NCBI GenBank assembly: GCA_038087875.1
Contig: CM075979.1
Span: 35,402,001-35,466,000 of the forward strand
Direction: 5' to 3'
DNA: 64,000 bases
DNA from: Malacoraja senta
Taxonomy: Eukaryota
The notes beneath the pieces are model-generated. The model saw only the letters and a program-made list of their open reading frames with translations, had not been told where the DNA came from and did no database searches. The position numbers and the translations under genes were made by a program. Every line of letters begins with the position of its first letter. Within the stretch, counting starts at the first letter, position 1. Positions 36,731-47,551 of this stretch are shown one piece after another.

Positions 36731-39013
36731 ACAATAGGCGCAGGAGTAGGCCATTCAGCCCTTTGAGCCAGCACCGCCATTTAATGTGATCATGGCTGAT
36801 CATCCCCAATCAGTACCCCGTTCCTGCCTTCTCCCCATATCCCCTGACTCCGCTATCTTTAAGAGCCCTATCTAGCCCTCTCTTGAAAGTATCCAGAGAA
36901 CCCGCCTCCACCGGCCCCTGAGGCAGAGAATTCCACAGACTCACAACTCTCTGTGAGAAAAAGTGTTTCCTCGTCTCTGTTCTAAATGGCTTACCCCTTA
37001 TTCTTAAACTGTGGCCCCTGGTTTTGGACTCCCCCAACATCGGGAACATGTTTCCTGCCTCTAGCATGTCCAAACCCTTAATAATCTTATATGTTTCAAT
37101 AAGATCCCCTCTCATCCTTCTAAACTCCAGAGTATCCAAGCCCAGCCGCTCCATTCTCTCAGCATATGACAGTCCTGCCATCCCAGGAATTAACCTTGTA
37201 AATCTATGCTCCACTCCCTCAATAGCAAGAATGTCCTTCCTCAAATTAAGGGACCGAAACTGCACACAATACTCCAGGTGTGGTCTCACTAGTGCCCTAT
37301 ACAACTGCAGAAGAACCTCTTTGCTCCTAGACTCAACTCCTCTTGTTATAAAGGCCAACATGCCATTCGCTTTCTTCACTGCTTGCAGTGCCTGCATGCT
37401 TACTTTCATTGACTGATGAACAAGGACCCCCAGATCCTGTTGCACTTCCCCTTTTCCAAACTTGACACCATTTACATAGTAATCTGCCTTCCTGTTTTTG
37501 CTACCAAAGTGGATAACCTCACATTTATCCACATTAAACTGCATCTGCCCACTCACCATACCTGTCCAAGTCACACTGCATTCTCATAGCATCCTCCTCA
37601 CAGTTCACCCAGCCACCCAGCTTTGTGTCATCTGCAAATTTGCTAGTTACTTTGAATCCCTTCATCTAAATCATTGATGTATATTGTAAATAGCTGCGGT
37701 CCCAGCACCGAGTCTTGCGGCACCCCACTAGTCACTGCCTGCCATTCTGAAAGGGACCTGTTAATCCCTACCCTTTGTTTCCTGTCTGCCACCCAATTTT
37801 CTATCCATGTCAGCACTCTACCCCCAATACCATGTGCCCTAATTTTGCCCACAAATCTCCTATGTGGGACCTTATCAAATGCTTTCTGAAAGTCCAGGTA
37901 CACTACATCCACTAGCTCTCCCTTGTCCATTTTCCTAGTTACATCCTCGAAAAATTCCAGAAGATTAGTCAAGCATGATTTCCCCTTCGTAAATCCATGC
38001 TGACTCGGACCGATCCTGTTACTGCTATGCAAATGTGCCGCTATTTCATCTTTAATAATTGACTCCAGCATCTTCCCCACCACCGATGTCAGGCTAACCC
38101 GTCTATAAATTCCTGTTTTCTCTCTCCTGCCTTTCTTAAAAAGTGGGATAACATTAGCTACCCTCCAATCCACAGGAACTGATCCTGAATCTATAGAACA
38201 TTGGAAAATTAGCACCAATGCATTCATGATTTCTAGAGCCACTTCCTTAAGTACCCTGGGATGCAGACCATCAGGCCCTGGGGATTATCAGCCTTCAGTC
38301 CCATCAGTCTACCCAACACTATTTCCTGCCTAATGTGGATTTCCTTCAGTTCCTCTGTCACCCCAGATCCTCTGGCCACTAGTATAGATTGTTTGTGTCC
38401 TCCTTAGTGAAGACAGATCCAATGTACCTGTTCAACTCATCTGCCACTTCCTTGTTCCCCATAATAAATTCACCTTTTTCAGTCTTCAAGGGTCCAACTT
38501 TGGTCTTAACTAATTATTTCCTCTTCACATACCTAAAGAAGCTTTTACTATCCACCTTTATATTCTTGGCTAGCTTACCTTCGTACCTCATCTTTTCTCC
38601 CTGTATTGCATTTTTAGTTATCTTCTGTTGTTCTTTAAACATTACCCAATCCTCTTGCTTCCCGCTCATCTTTGCTACGTTGTACTTCTTTTCTTTTATT
38701 TTTATACTGTCCCTGACGTCCCTTGTCAGCCACGGTCGCCCCTTACTCCCCTTGGAATCTTTCTTCCTCTTTGGAATGAATTGATCCTGCACCTTTGTAT
38801 TATTCCCAGAAATACCTGCCATTGTTGTTCCACTGTCATCCCTCCTAGGGTATCTTTCCAGTCAACTTTGGCCAGCTCCTCCCTCATGGTTCCATAGTCC
38901 CCTTTATTCAACTGTAACACTGACACCTCCGATTTACCCTTCTCCCTCTCCAATTGTAGATTAAACTTGACCATATTATGGTCACTACCTCCTAATGGCT
39001 CCTTAACCTCAAT
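36731..39013 (-). mobile_element. Young 5'-truncated CR1 LINE (end of endonuclease, RT), frameshifted
   Basis: ORFs with [57 protein letters not shown] and an intact 3' UTR. Confidence 0.96.
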
Positions 39014-39014
39014 G

Positions 39015-40150
39015 TCAGATCGCTTGGAATCCAGGGAGAGCCAGCTAACTGGATACAGAATTTGCTTAATGGTAGGATAAAGAAATAAAGAGAGTGGTGG
39101 TGGAAAATTATTTTTCATAATCGAGACATTTAACTAATGGTTTGCTTCGGGGATCAGTGCTGGGCCCAATGATCTTTGTCATCTATAGCAACGATTTAGA
39201 TGAAAATGTAAAAGCATGATTAATAAGTTTGCAGATGGCACTAAACGAGGTTGGAGCGTAGACTGAAAATGGTTATCAATATTTACAAAGGAATCTTGAT
39301 CAGCTTGGACTAGGAATGGTTAATTTAGATCAGTGTGAGTTGTTGTATTTTGGGAAGTCCAATCATGGCAGGGCCTTCACAGTGAACGAGAGAGCTTTGG
39401 GAGTGTTGTAGAGCAGAGGGATCTTTTGAATACAAGTATATAGTTCCCTGAAAGTGATGTTGCAGGCAGATAGGGTGGTGAAGAAGTCTTTTCGCAGGCT
39501 GGCCTTCATCAGTCACGGAATTGAGTGTAGAAGTTGGGACGTTATTTCACAGTTGTACATGATTTTGGTGAGTCTGCTCTTGGAGTATTATGATCAATTT
39601 TGGTCACCATGCTCTAAGAAAGGTGCCTTTAATCTGGAAAGAGTACAGAGCAGATTTACGAGCATGATGCCGGGACTCAAGGGCATGAGTTATAAGAAGG
39701 GGTTCGGCAGGTTAGGACTTTATTCCTTGGAGTATTAGAAGGAGCAGCATGATATTATAGAGGTGTATAAAGTCATGTGGACAATAGTAGGTTGAATCAA
39801 GCACTAGAGGAGATAGATTTAAGATCAGATGGGAAGGATTTAATAGGGACCTGAGGGTCAACTTTTCCACACAGAGGGTATTTGATATATGGAACGAATT
39901 GTCAGGGGAAGTAGCTGAGCCAGGTACAATAACAACATTTAACCTGTTTACTGCCAAGTTTTTTTTTTCACTATTGGCCATGACCCGAGTATACTCGGGG
40001 GTGGCACTGAACAGATTAAAAAAACATTTGGACAGGTGCATGGATAGGAAAGCTTTAGAGTAATATGGGCCAGGCTCTGGCAAATGGGACTAGCTTAGAT
40101 GGGACATCTTGGTCTGCATGGACGAGTTGAGCCAAAGGAATTATTTTGGT
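39015..40150 (+). mobile_element. Older CR1 LINE RT/3' fragment
   Basis: GSVLGP, LEYYDQFWSP, LERVQSRFT, LGLYSLE; degenerate. Confidence 0.88.
39943..40015. mobile_element. 73-bp piggyBac-like MITE with TTAA TSD
   Basis: TTAA|cctgtttactgcca ... tggcactgaacaga|TTAA. Removing it restores the CR1 sequence (aacatttaaaaaacatttggacagg). Confidence 0.75.
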
Positions 40151-40605
40151 GCTGCATGATTCTATCACTCCAAAAGATCAGACAACTTTATGATTGAATT
40201 GGATGTCTTTTGTACTTTTTGATTCTATGATTCAAATACCTTAGATATTTAAGGTATTTAAATCATAGAATCAAAGTAGATCTGGGTCTCTTCAACATTA
40301 TTGGAAAGTATTTTAAAAGCTTTCACTTTAAAATGTCAAGCCATATTAAATTCAAATGAATGTTGCATTGTCTGCAGAGGAAATAACTATTACAAAATGA
40401 TTGTACCGTTAATATTCTACCAAGGCATGTTAACTAATAAGTTTCAGTTTTGGGACTTTAGTGGCTGATTTTCAGCTGGGACCCTGGATTTGCTGCTAAA
40501 ATTGCCACATGGATTGTAATGGTTGCAAGAAAGAGACCATGCCAACACTATATCAAAGGCATAAGCTTGTGAAGAATAGAAAAAAGAGCCAAATTAGAAA
40601 GTTTC

Positions 40606-41034
40606 TAATGTTTGGGACAAAGACCCATCATTTATTTATTTGCCTCTGTACTCTGGCTGAGCATCACCAGAGAATACACCCAGTAACTGGTGATTTCCAT
40701 GAATCGCAGACTTCAAGCAGTCATTGCATGCAAAGGATATGCAACAAAATACTAAACATGACTACTTTCATTTACATGACATTGCTGTGTCCCAAACATT
40801 ATGGTGCCCTGAAATGGGTGGGGGGGGGGGGGACTATGTATAAACACTGCTGTATTTTCTACATGGTGAAACCAAAATGTATAAAAATGGCCTTTATTAA
40901 AATCTGACAATTAAACCACATGAGGTTACTTTAACCACATGAGATATTATTTCTATTACAAATCTCAAATTGTGGAGTACAGAGGCAAATAAATAAATGA
41001 TGGGTCTTTGTCCCAAACATTATGGAGGGCACTG
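40606..41034 (+). mobile_element. Internally deleted derivative of the 11519-13176 Tc1 family
   Basis: Partial left TIR fused to the transposase 3' end (..CKGYATKY*) and a full right TIR ending ggagggcactg|TA. Confidence 0.92.
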
Positions 41035-41553
41035 TATACCCCCCAGTATATTACCACAAGTGGACACTAAATGATTTTGTTGGGCAGTTATTGCTGAAGT
41101 AAGTTGATGGGAGCAGAGAAAGGTTCTGCTAATTGAAGAACCTGGTATAACATACCCTCTTGGGCCATATGTTTCATAATGTTCTTTTAAGCAAGGTACC
41201 AAGAAGGAGATGGGTGCATGGTGCCTATGGGACCATATATTTTGTATGATACTTTTTTTGGAAGGTGTGGCTCAAGGAGGAAAGGGGGGAAGAACTTAAA
41301 AACCTGTGTATAGCAGATCGCAAATAGTTAGATTTAAATAGTAAGCAAAATAATTAAGGGATTCCATATGGAGGTAAAAATGCTCAAACTTTCTAATTGC
41401 TGTAACATGGGATTATTATAGGATTTGGGTAAATGGGTGGTTGATGGTAGGCAATTTAATTAGATTGTATCTCTCTATTACTCAGAATTCTGTGAATAAG
41501 TATATGTTTTGGCTTTTAAATACTATAATTTTTCTTATTGCTTGTATTACAAG

Positions 41554-41776
41554 GAAGGTGCACAGCCTGGCCCTGGGATATCAGTCAGTTGCCTTAATTT
41601 AAATTTCATCAGTCCTGCTGAGAGGAGTGACCCAAGCAAACTTTCAAGAGCTCTGCTGGAATACTTTTACACTGAGCAACACCTGGCTTCACATTGTGCT
41701 CGAGGCAAAGGGAAAAACAGTGGGTTCAACATGTCCAGACCAGCTCTTGATCCTGATGTTGTGGATGCAATCAAAG
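41554..41776 (+). CDS. Predicted exon encoding N-terminal part of a BEN domain (DPSKLSRALLEYFYTEQHLASHCARGKGKN..RPALDPDVVDAIK)
   Basis: Acceptor tttcttattgcttgtattacaag|GAA (phase 0) and donor AAAG|gtacac at 41776/41777 (phase 1). The peptide follows the BEN pattern: R.LL..hh+.e.L...s..G......rpaLDp..v.aIk. Confidence 0.8.
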
Positions 41777-43319
41777 GTACACTACACCTCATTCACTTCA
41801 AATTTTAATCATGGTCATTTGTATATTGAAGCCACAAGGAATAAATGAAGCAGCTAAGAGACATTTTCAGTGTATTTAGCTGCCTAATATTTGGTCCCGA
41901 AAATTGAAAAGGTATTTCTAGAAAGCACATCTGCTGATCTTTGCCCATCTGTTTAAAAATAAAATTTAATACGTTAAAATGGCTTGGTGTTAGTTCCACA
42001 TTTGGTGCTGGTATTATATTTCTGGCCTTTCAATGAGGTAGACCATTACGCCCATAATGAATGGGATAAGTTTCAGAATACATCTCCAAGCAACATATGC
42101 ACTGACCACCATTTTTACAGCAGCAGGAGGATTACATTCATTTGAGAACCTGATTTATATTTAACAGTTGAACTTGGGAAACACGATGGTAAGTTGGAGC
42201 GGTTTGAAGAGTTGGAAGGGATAGATATCCTTCATTTGGCTTCTCTTCCCACAATTTTCCAATCAAGCCTTTTCAGTCATTTTTCACTGCTGAATTCCCC
42301 TGCCTTTCTTCACCAATCCATGATCAACGGAACATGCCTTTCTGATTGATAGACTTCAACACCTATGAAGCCATAATCTTTCCCAGTTACTGTCTCTGGT
42401 CTCCTACTGCGTTTTATGGCAGGGAATGTAAATAATGGAATAAGAAAATTATGAAGTCCTGCAGTAACACCTTAGAGCAGGACCTCAAAGTCCCAAAGAT
42501 TCCAAAATTCTTACCTGCCCCATCAGCATTGTCCGACTACTTCTACTTTAAATAATGCCATTGTGTGTCACCATAATATAATAATACATGCCACAGGAAG
42601 TGGGAAATTGTATTTACCCTCAGTAAGAGTAAGAAAAGTAACAATGGATGAAAACTTTAATAGTAGGATTTCAGTCTCTTCATAAATATTATGTGTGCAA
42701 TTCTCATTGCAGGCTCACAAAATGTTATTGGTATAGTTTACATATACGTGCCCCTCAGTTTTGAGTAGTTTAAATTACAAATGTTTTTTTTAAATCAAAT
42801 GTCAATTGAACATAATGGACAAGTGAGTCAAGAATTCAAGTGATTGAGTTGAACTCAAGAACTTCCCCGCAAGTGATTGATTTTAATTTAGTGAAAGGAT
42901 TTGGATTGATGATTCTGTGACTTGGATTTTACAAAAAAGGTCCAATTAATTGGAGCAGGATTTTAAAACATATGAAATAGAACAATGGAAGACCATGTGG
43001 TTCCATATCAATTCCATCTGATAATAGTTTGATCCTCAGCCCAACTTGTTATCAAACTACTGAATGGTCCTTCCATAAGATAGGGTGTCGTCCCAATCTT
43101 CCAACCTATCTCAGTGCCGATCTTGCACTTATTTTATCTGCACTTTTTGTGTAATTGTAACACTATAATGTGATAACACTATATTGCACACTGGTCTTTT
43201 TTTCTATTTGCACTACCTGCTGTACTTGTGTATGGTTTGATTGATTGATGTATAGTATTATTTGAATGGATAGCACACAAACAAAACTTTTCACTGTACC
43301 TCCATACACGTGACAATTA

Positions 43320-43638
43320 GTTTTAGGCTTAGAGATACAGTAGGAAAACGGGCCTTCAGCCCATCAAGTCCATGCCGACCATAAATTTCACATTCACACT
43401 AGTCCTATGTTATCCCACTCTCACATCCACTCCCTACACACTAGGGATAATTTTCAGATACCAATCAACTTACAAACCCACGCATCTTTGGGATATGGGA
43501 GGAAATTATAGCATCCGGAGGAAACCTACGTGGTCAGTGGGAGAACGTGTAAACTCCAGATAGACAACACCTGAGGATCTAACCCGGATCTCTGGCGCTG
43601 TGAGGCTGCAGCTCTACCAGTTGCATCACTGTGCCGCA
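43320..43638 (-). mobile_element. tRNA-derived SINE (HE1-like)
   Basis: Minus-strand head gcggcacagtgatgcaactggtagagc..gggttagatcct; CR1-type tail. Confidence 0.85.
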
Positions 43639-44151
43639 ATAATAAATAATATACCAATAATGATTTCCTTGAATCATGTAGTATCCAAAAATATATCAAT
43701 CCTACCATAAATATATACAATGACTAGGTAACTGCAGCCTATGGAGTGAAGAAATGTAATGATTTACAAACCACTAAGAAATGTTACCACATCTCTACTC
43801 TGAATCTTGTCCACATCTCCATGTTCTAAACTCTCCAGGAAGGGGAACGACTCATTCAGCATCTATTCTGTGAATCCCAGTCAGCAACTTGTATGTTTAA
43901 ATGAGATAACTTTTCATTCACTTTTCATTATTATAAACTTCTGCAAATAAAGGCCCAACCAACTTAAAACTCTCCTCATTGGGAATCTGCTTCATGCAGG
44001 AATATTATAAATCTCCAATGAAAGGAAGTTTATATTTCCTCATGAGACACAAACAACACATGAATGGTCTGATCAAAGACCTGTACAATTCTAATTACCC
44101 CGGGTTGCACAGCCTCTTAAGGCTACCTATCTTTTATTTACTGCAATACAT

Positions 44152-44690
44152 TTCAGGTCAGGTCGGGGGAAGTTCCCCCCGCCACGGGTACCATGTAATC
44201 CCGTGCTACCTGCTCCATGGTCGGATAGTCGGCGACGAAACTGTCTCCCCCACCTAGTTTTCCAGGTGAGGAGGGGGCTGTGGACCCTCAGCAGGACAAA
44301 AAACAAGACCTGTCAAAGGGCGGATGAGCTTCTAGTGAGCCATCGGCCATCCACTCTTCAGTAGAAGTTGCGATCACTCGTATATAGCATTGTAAGGAAT
44401 GATGATAAATCACACACACCGAAATCCTATACTTCCAGCGGTAGAAGTCCACAGGAACTGGAGGACAGAGATGTGTGGTGCGTCCGTCACCGTTCCCGTT
44501 GGAAACAGGCGTTGTGGTGGAGGCAGTTATAATAGTGGCATTTAAGAGACTTTTAGATAGGCAGATGGACACGCAGGGAATCGAGAGATATGGATTATGT
44601 GTAGGCAGGTAAGAGTTAATCTTGGCATCTTGTTCGGCCCAAACATTGGGTACCGAAGGGTTTGTTCCTGTTCTGTACTGTTCTGTGTTA
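44152..44690 (+). mobile_element. GC-rich structured retroelement 5'-like segment joined to a CR1 3' end
   Basis: CpG-rich 44152-44510 with several hairpins; 44511-44690 is a CR1 3' end. The family of the 5' part is uncertain. Confidence 0.5.
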
Positions 44691-45630
44691 AACAGCAGAG
44701 AAAGTATTCATATCTGAAATACATTAGGTTTAAAGTCCTTTAAAGTCTTGCAGAAGGTTATTTGCATTGTCAGGAGTAACAATCCCTGCTGAAAGGTGCA
44801 ATGTGTCAAGATATTGCATAACCTTGCAAGATACGAAGAGGTGAGCAGAACACTATTAAAAATATACATATACACACACACACACACACTTGCTTCATGT
44901 CACGTGCGTACATACGTACACACATTCGTACACGTGTACATACGTGCATTCATTGCAGCGTACGTATACAGATACCCACACACACTCTTACTCATTCCAC
45001 ATCTACACCATCCTCCGCTCGCACCGCACCAAGGGCAATCTATTCTCTTTATCTCCTTCACTTGAAGCAGTTAAATGTATTCAAATAAAAATGTCTCTTA
45101 TCTCCAGACTAAAGGAATGAAGAAAGGGTAGGAAACTAGGAAAAGGGGAGATGAGCCCTCAAGTGAAGTGCCTCACCAGGCTGCAGATAACAATTCTCCT
45201 CGCGGGCAGAGGGACCACCAAGATGCAAACAACCTCATGAATGGGGGCTTAATGAAATTCAGCACATATCACAAACAACATTTTGTGATCCCTGCATTCC
45301 CTTTGCACTACTCAATTGTAAACATTTTCATTAGAATATGTGTTGCTGAGATGCTTTGCCTACAGCAAACTTACTTACCAACCCATTTATAATACATTTA
45401 CATTTACCCATTTACATTACATTTACATCAAAGTCATTTATATGTATATCACAAACAACAGTTCCCTGCAGAACTCCACTGGTGACAGACTTCCAGCCTG
45501 AATGTTGACCTGTCACCACAATCCTCTGTTTTTAATTGGTAAGTCAGTTCTGAATCCATACAAATAAGCCGCTATTAATCCCCACATCTTAATCTTCTGG
45601 ATCAGCGCACCATGGGGGACTTTGTCAAAT

Positions 45631-46252
45631 CTTCTTAAGCCCTTTGCTCCTCTAGGGAGCATAAGCCATTGACAAATGTCCTTCACCTCACTTGGTTGTT
45701 GGCAGTTCTTTCGAGATCTCCCCAGTTGAGCCCACTCTCAGACATTTCTGTCTGGATACCTCTTCTCCAGCTGTTCCTGGGGCCACCTCTTTTCCTTTTT
45801 CCTTGGGGGTTCCATTTCAGTGCTTGCCGGGTGATGTTTGTGGCAGGTATCCTGAGGGTGTGTCCAATCCAACTCCATTTTCTCCTTTGAATTTGTAAGT
45901 CAATGGGCTCCTGACTTGTTCTTTTCCCCTGATGTGGAATATTCTCCTAAGGCAGGTGTTAATGAATGTTTGCAGCCTGATTGTAGTGTGTTTTGTTGTT
46001 TTCCATGTCTCTGATCCATACAGCATCACCTGTTTCACATTTGAGTTAAAGATGCATATTTTGGTGTTGATTGAGGTGTTTTGAACTCCAGATTTCCCTG
46101 AGCATGTTAAAAACCACCCTAGCCTTATTGATTCTACTTTTTATGTCTGCCTCTGCCCCTCTGGTGATGTTCACAACTGCCTAGGTATGTGAATGTTTCT
46201 ACCTCCTCTAGAGCAGTGCTGTGCATAAGGATAGGGTTGCTGGTTTTGGAGT
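45631..46252 (-). mobile_element. 5'-truncated RTE-clade LINE inserted into CR1, 14-bp TSD
   Basis: MLYGSETW..LQTFINTCLRRI and WIGHTLR..ITRQALKWNPQGKRKRG.P. TSD ggactttgtcaaat at 45617-45630 and 46253-46266. Confidence 0.9.
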
Positions 46253-46950
46253 GGACTTTGTCAAATGCCTTCTAAAAATGTTTGTAGGTAACATCCATAG
46301 CCCTGCCCTCATCGATCAACTTCATCATCTCCTCAAAATACGATCAAGGTAGTAAGACATGATCTGGCGTGTACAAAGCTTTTACCCCTCCCTCTCCTCT
46401 GTTTCAGCTGTACAGCCTTTGTTATTGCTCTCCTGCCATCGAGAGCATGCCCTACTCTATTTGCTGTGCAGTTGAGTGTCAGGAGCTATGTTGAACTCAT
46501 TATTTGCACATTTAACATAATCACACACTTGTTTTTTTGAGGAGCACCCAATTTGGCACTAGTATGCAACACAATGATGTTTCAGATGATAAATGTTGGT
46601 TCAATCCAATTTCAAGGAAAGTGTATTATTTCAGAATTGTTTGAATGGTTTACTAAAATTGTCTTATTTAACTTTGCAAACCAAAAACTACTGGGAGGTT
46701 ACCCTGGTGAGTGTACAGTGGAAGCTTTGGATATATTTTAACCCCATCTATGACATCCTTTGCTTCCCTATAATGCCTGGATAGATCAAATATGAAGATT
46801 ATGTAATACAACTCTTTGTTCATACTTAGTCCAGTTCTTGGGATGCCTGGATCCACTCTCGATACAATGTTAAGACTGAAGTGTCTTGTTTAATTAATCC
46901 TATTTTAGATTATCCATCAAACTAATGTTTGTTCATTTTGTATTTTGCAG

Positions 46951-47087
46951 CATATGTCCAGCTGAAGTTTGCATACGTGACGGACAAGGCATTTTATGCC
47001 ATGGTAAACAGCAAATGCAGTGACAGCAGAAAAAAGATTCGTTACATTTTGGGAGTCCGGGACAAACCTGAAGATGCTCCCAAATAG
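46951..47087 (+). CDS. Predicted terminal exon encoding C-terminal part of BEN domain (AYVQLKFAYVTDKAFYAMVNSKCSDSRKKIRYILGVRDKPEDAPK*)
   Basis: Strong acceptor ttcattttgtattttgcag|CA at 46950/46951 (phase 1). The open frame gives the BEN terminal helix motif hN.KC...R[KR], with stop TAG at 47085-47087. Too short for the ORF track. Confidence 0.8.
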
Positions 47088-47327
47088 CAGAAGTTTTGTG
47101 TGGGTCTGTCTCTCAGTGGAAATCATGGGGCTAATACTGAAGAAGGAGAGAAGATGGAAGCTGGTGTTGATGGATGTGCACGCTCACCAAAAAAGGAGGA
47201 AATTTTTGTATTGTCCACATCAATAATATCAAACAACCCCAAACCAATTGATTCTACCAGGAAATGACAAGCTGAAATTTCAATCCATTTCAGTTTGTTC
47301 CCATCATAATATAATTATTTGAATAAA

Positions 47328-47416
47328 TGATCAGCCATGATCACATTGAATGGCGGTGCTGGCTCGAAGGGCCAAATGGCCTACTCCTGCACCTATTGCC
47401 TATTGTCTATTGTCTA
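47328..47416 (+). mobile_element. Extreme 3' tip of young CR1
   Basis: gatcagccatgatcacattgaatggcggtgctggctcgaagggcc..cctactcctgcacctattg with a short tandem tail; reverse complement of the 36731 end. Confidence 0.85.
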
Positions 47417-47545
47417 ATTGGCTTTAAATTAATCTGCTAATCCATTTGTCCTGATACCCACCACCATGGCAAAGCAGTGTATATTTATTTAATTTATTCA
47501 TTCAGTACATATACTACAAAACAGCTGATGAGATTACTACTACAA

Positions 47546-47551
47546 AATAAA
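47546..47551 (+). terminator. Candidate polyadenylation signal for the BEN-ending transcript (second candidate at 47322-47327)
   Basis: AATAAA about 460 nt after the stop, followed by GT/T-rich sequence (gtgtatggaaatttgttctttatttgtg). AATAAA is common in AT-rich DNA. Confidence 0.35.
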
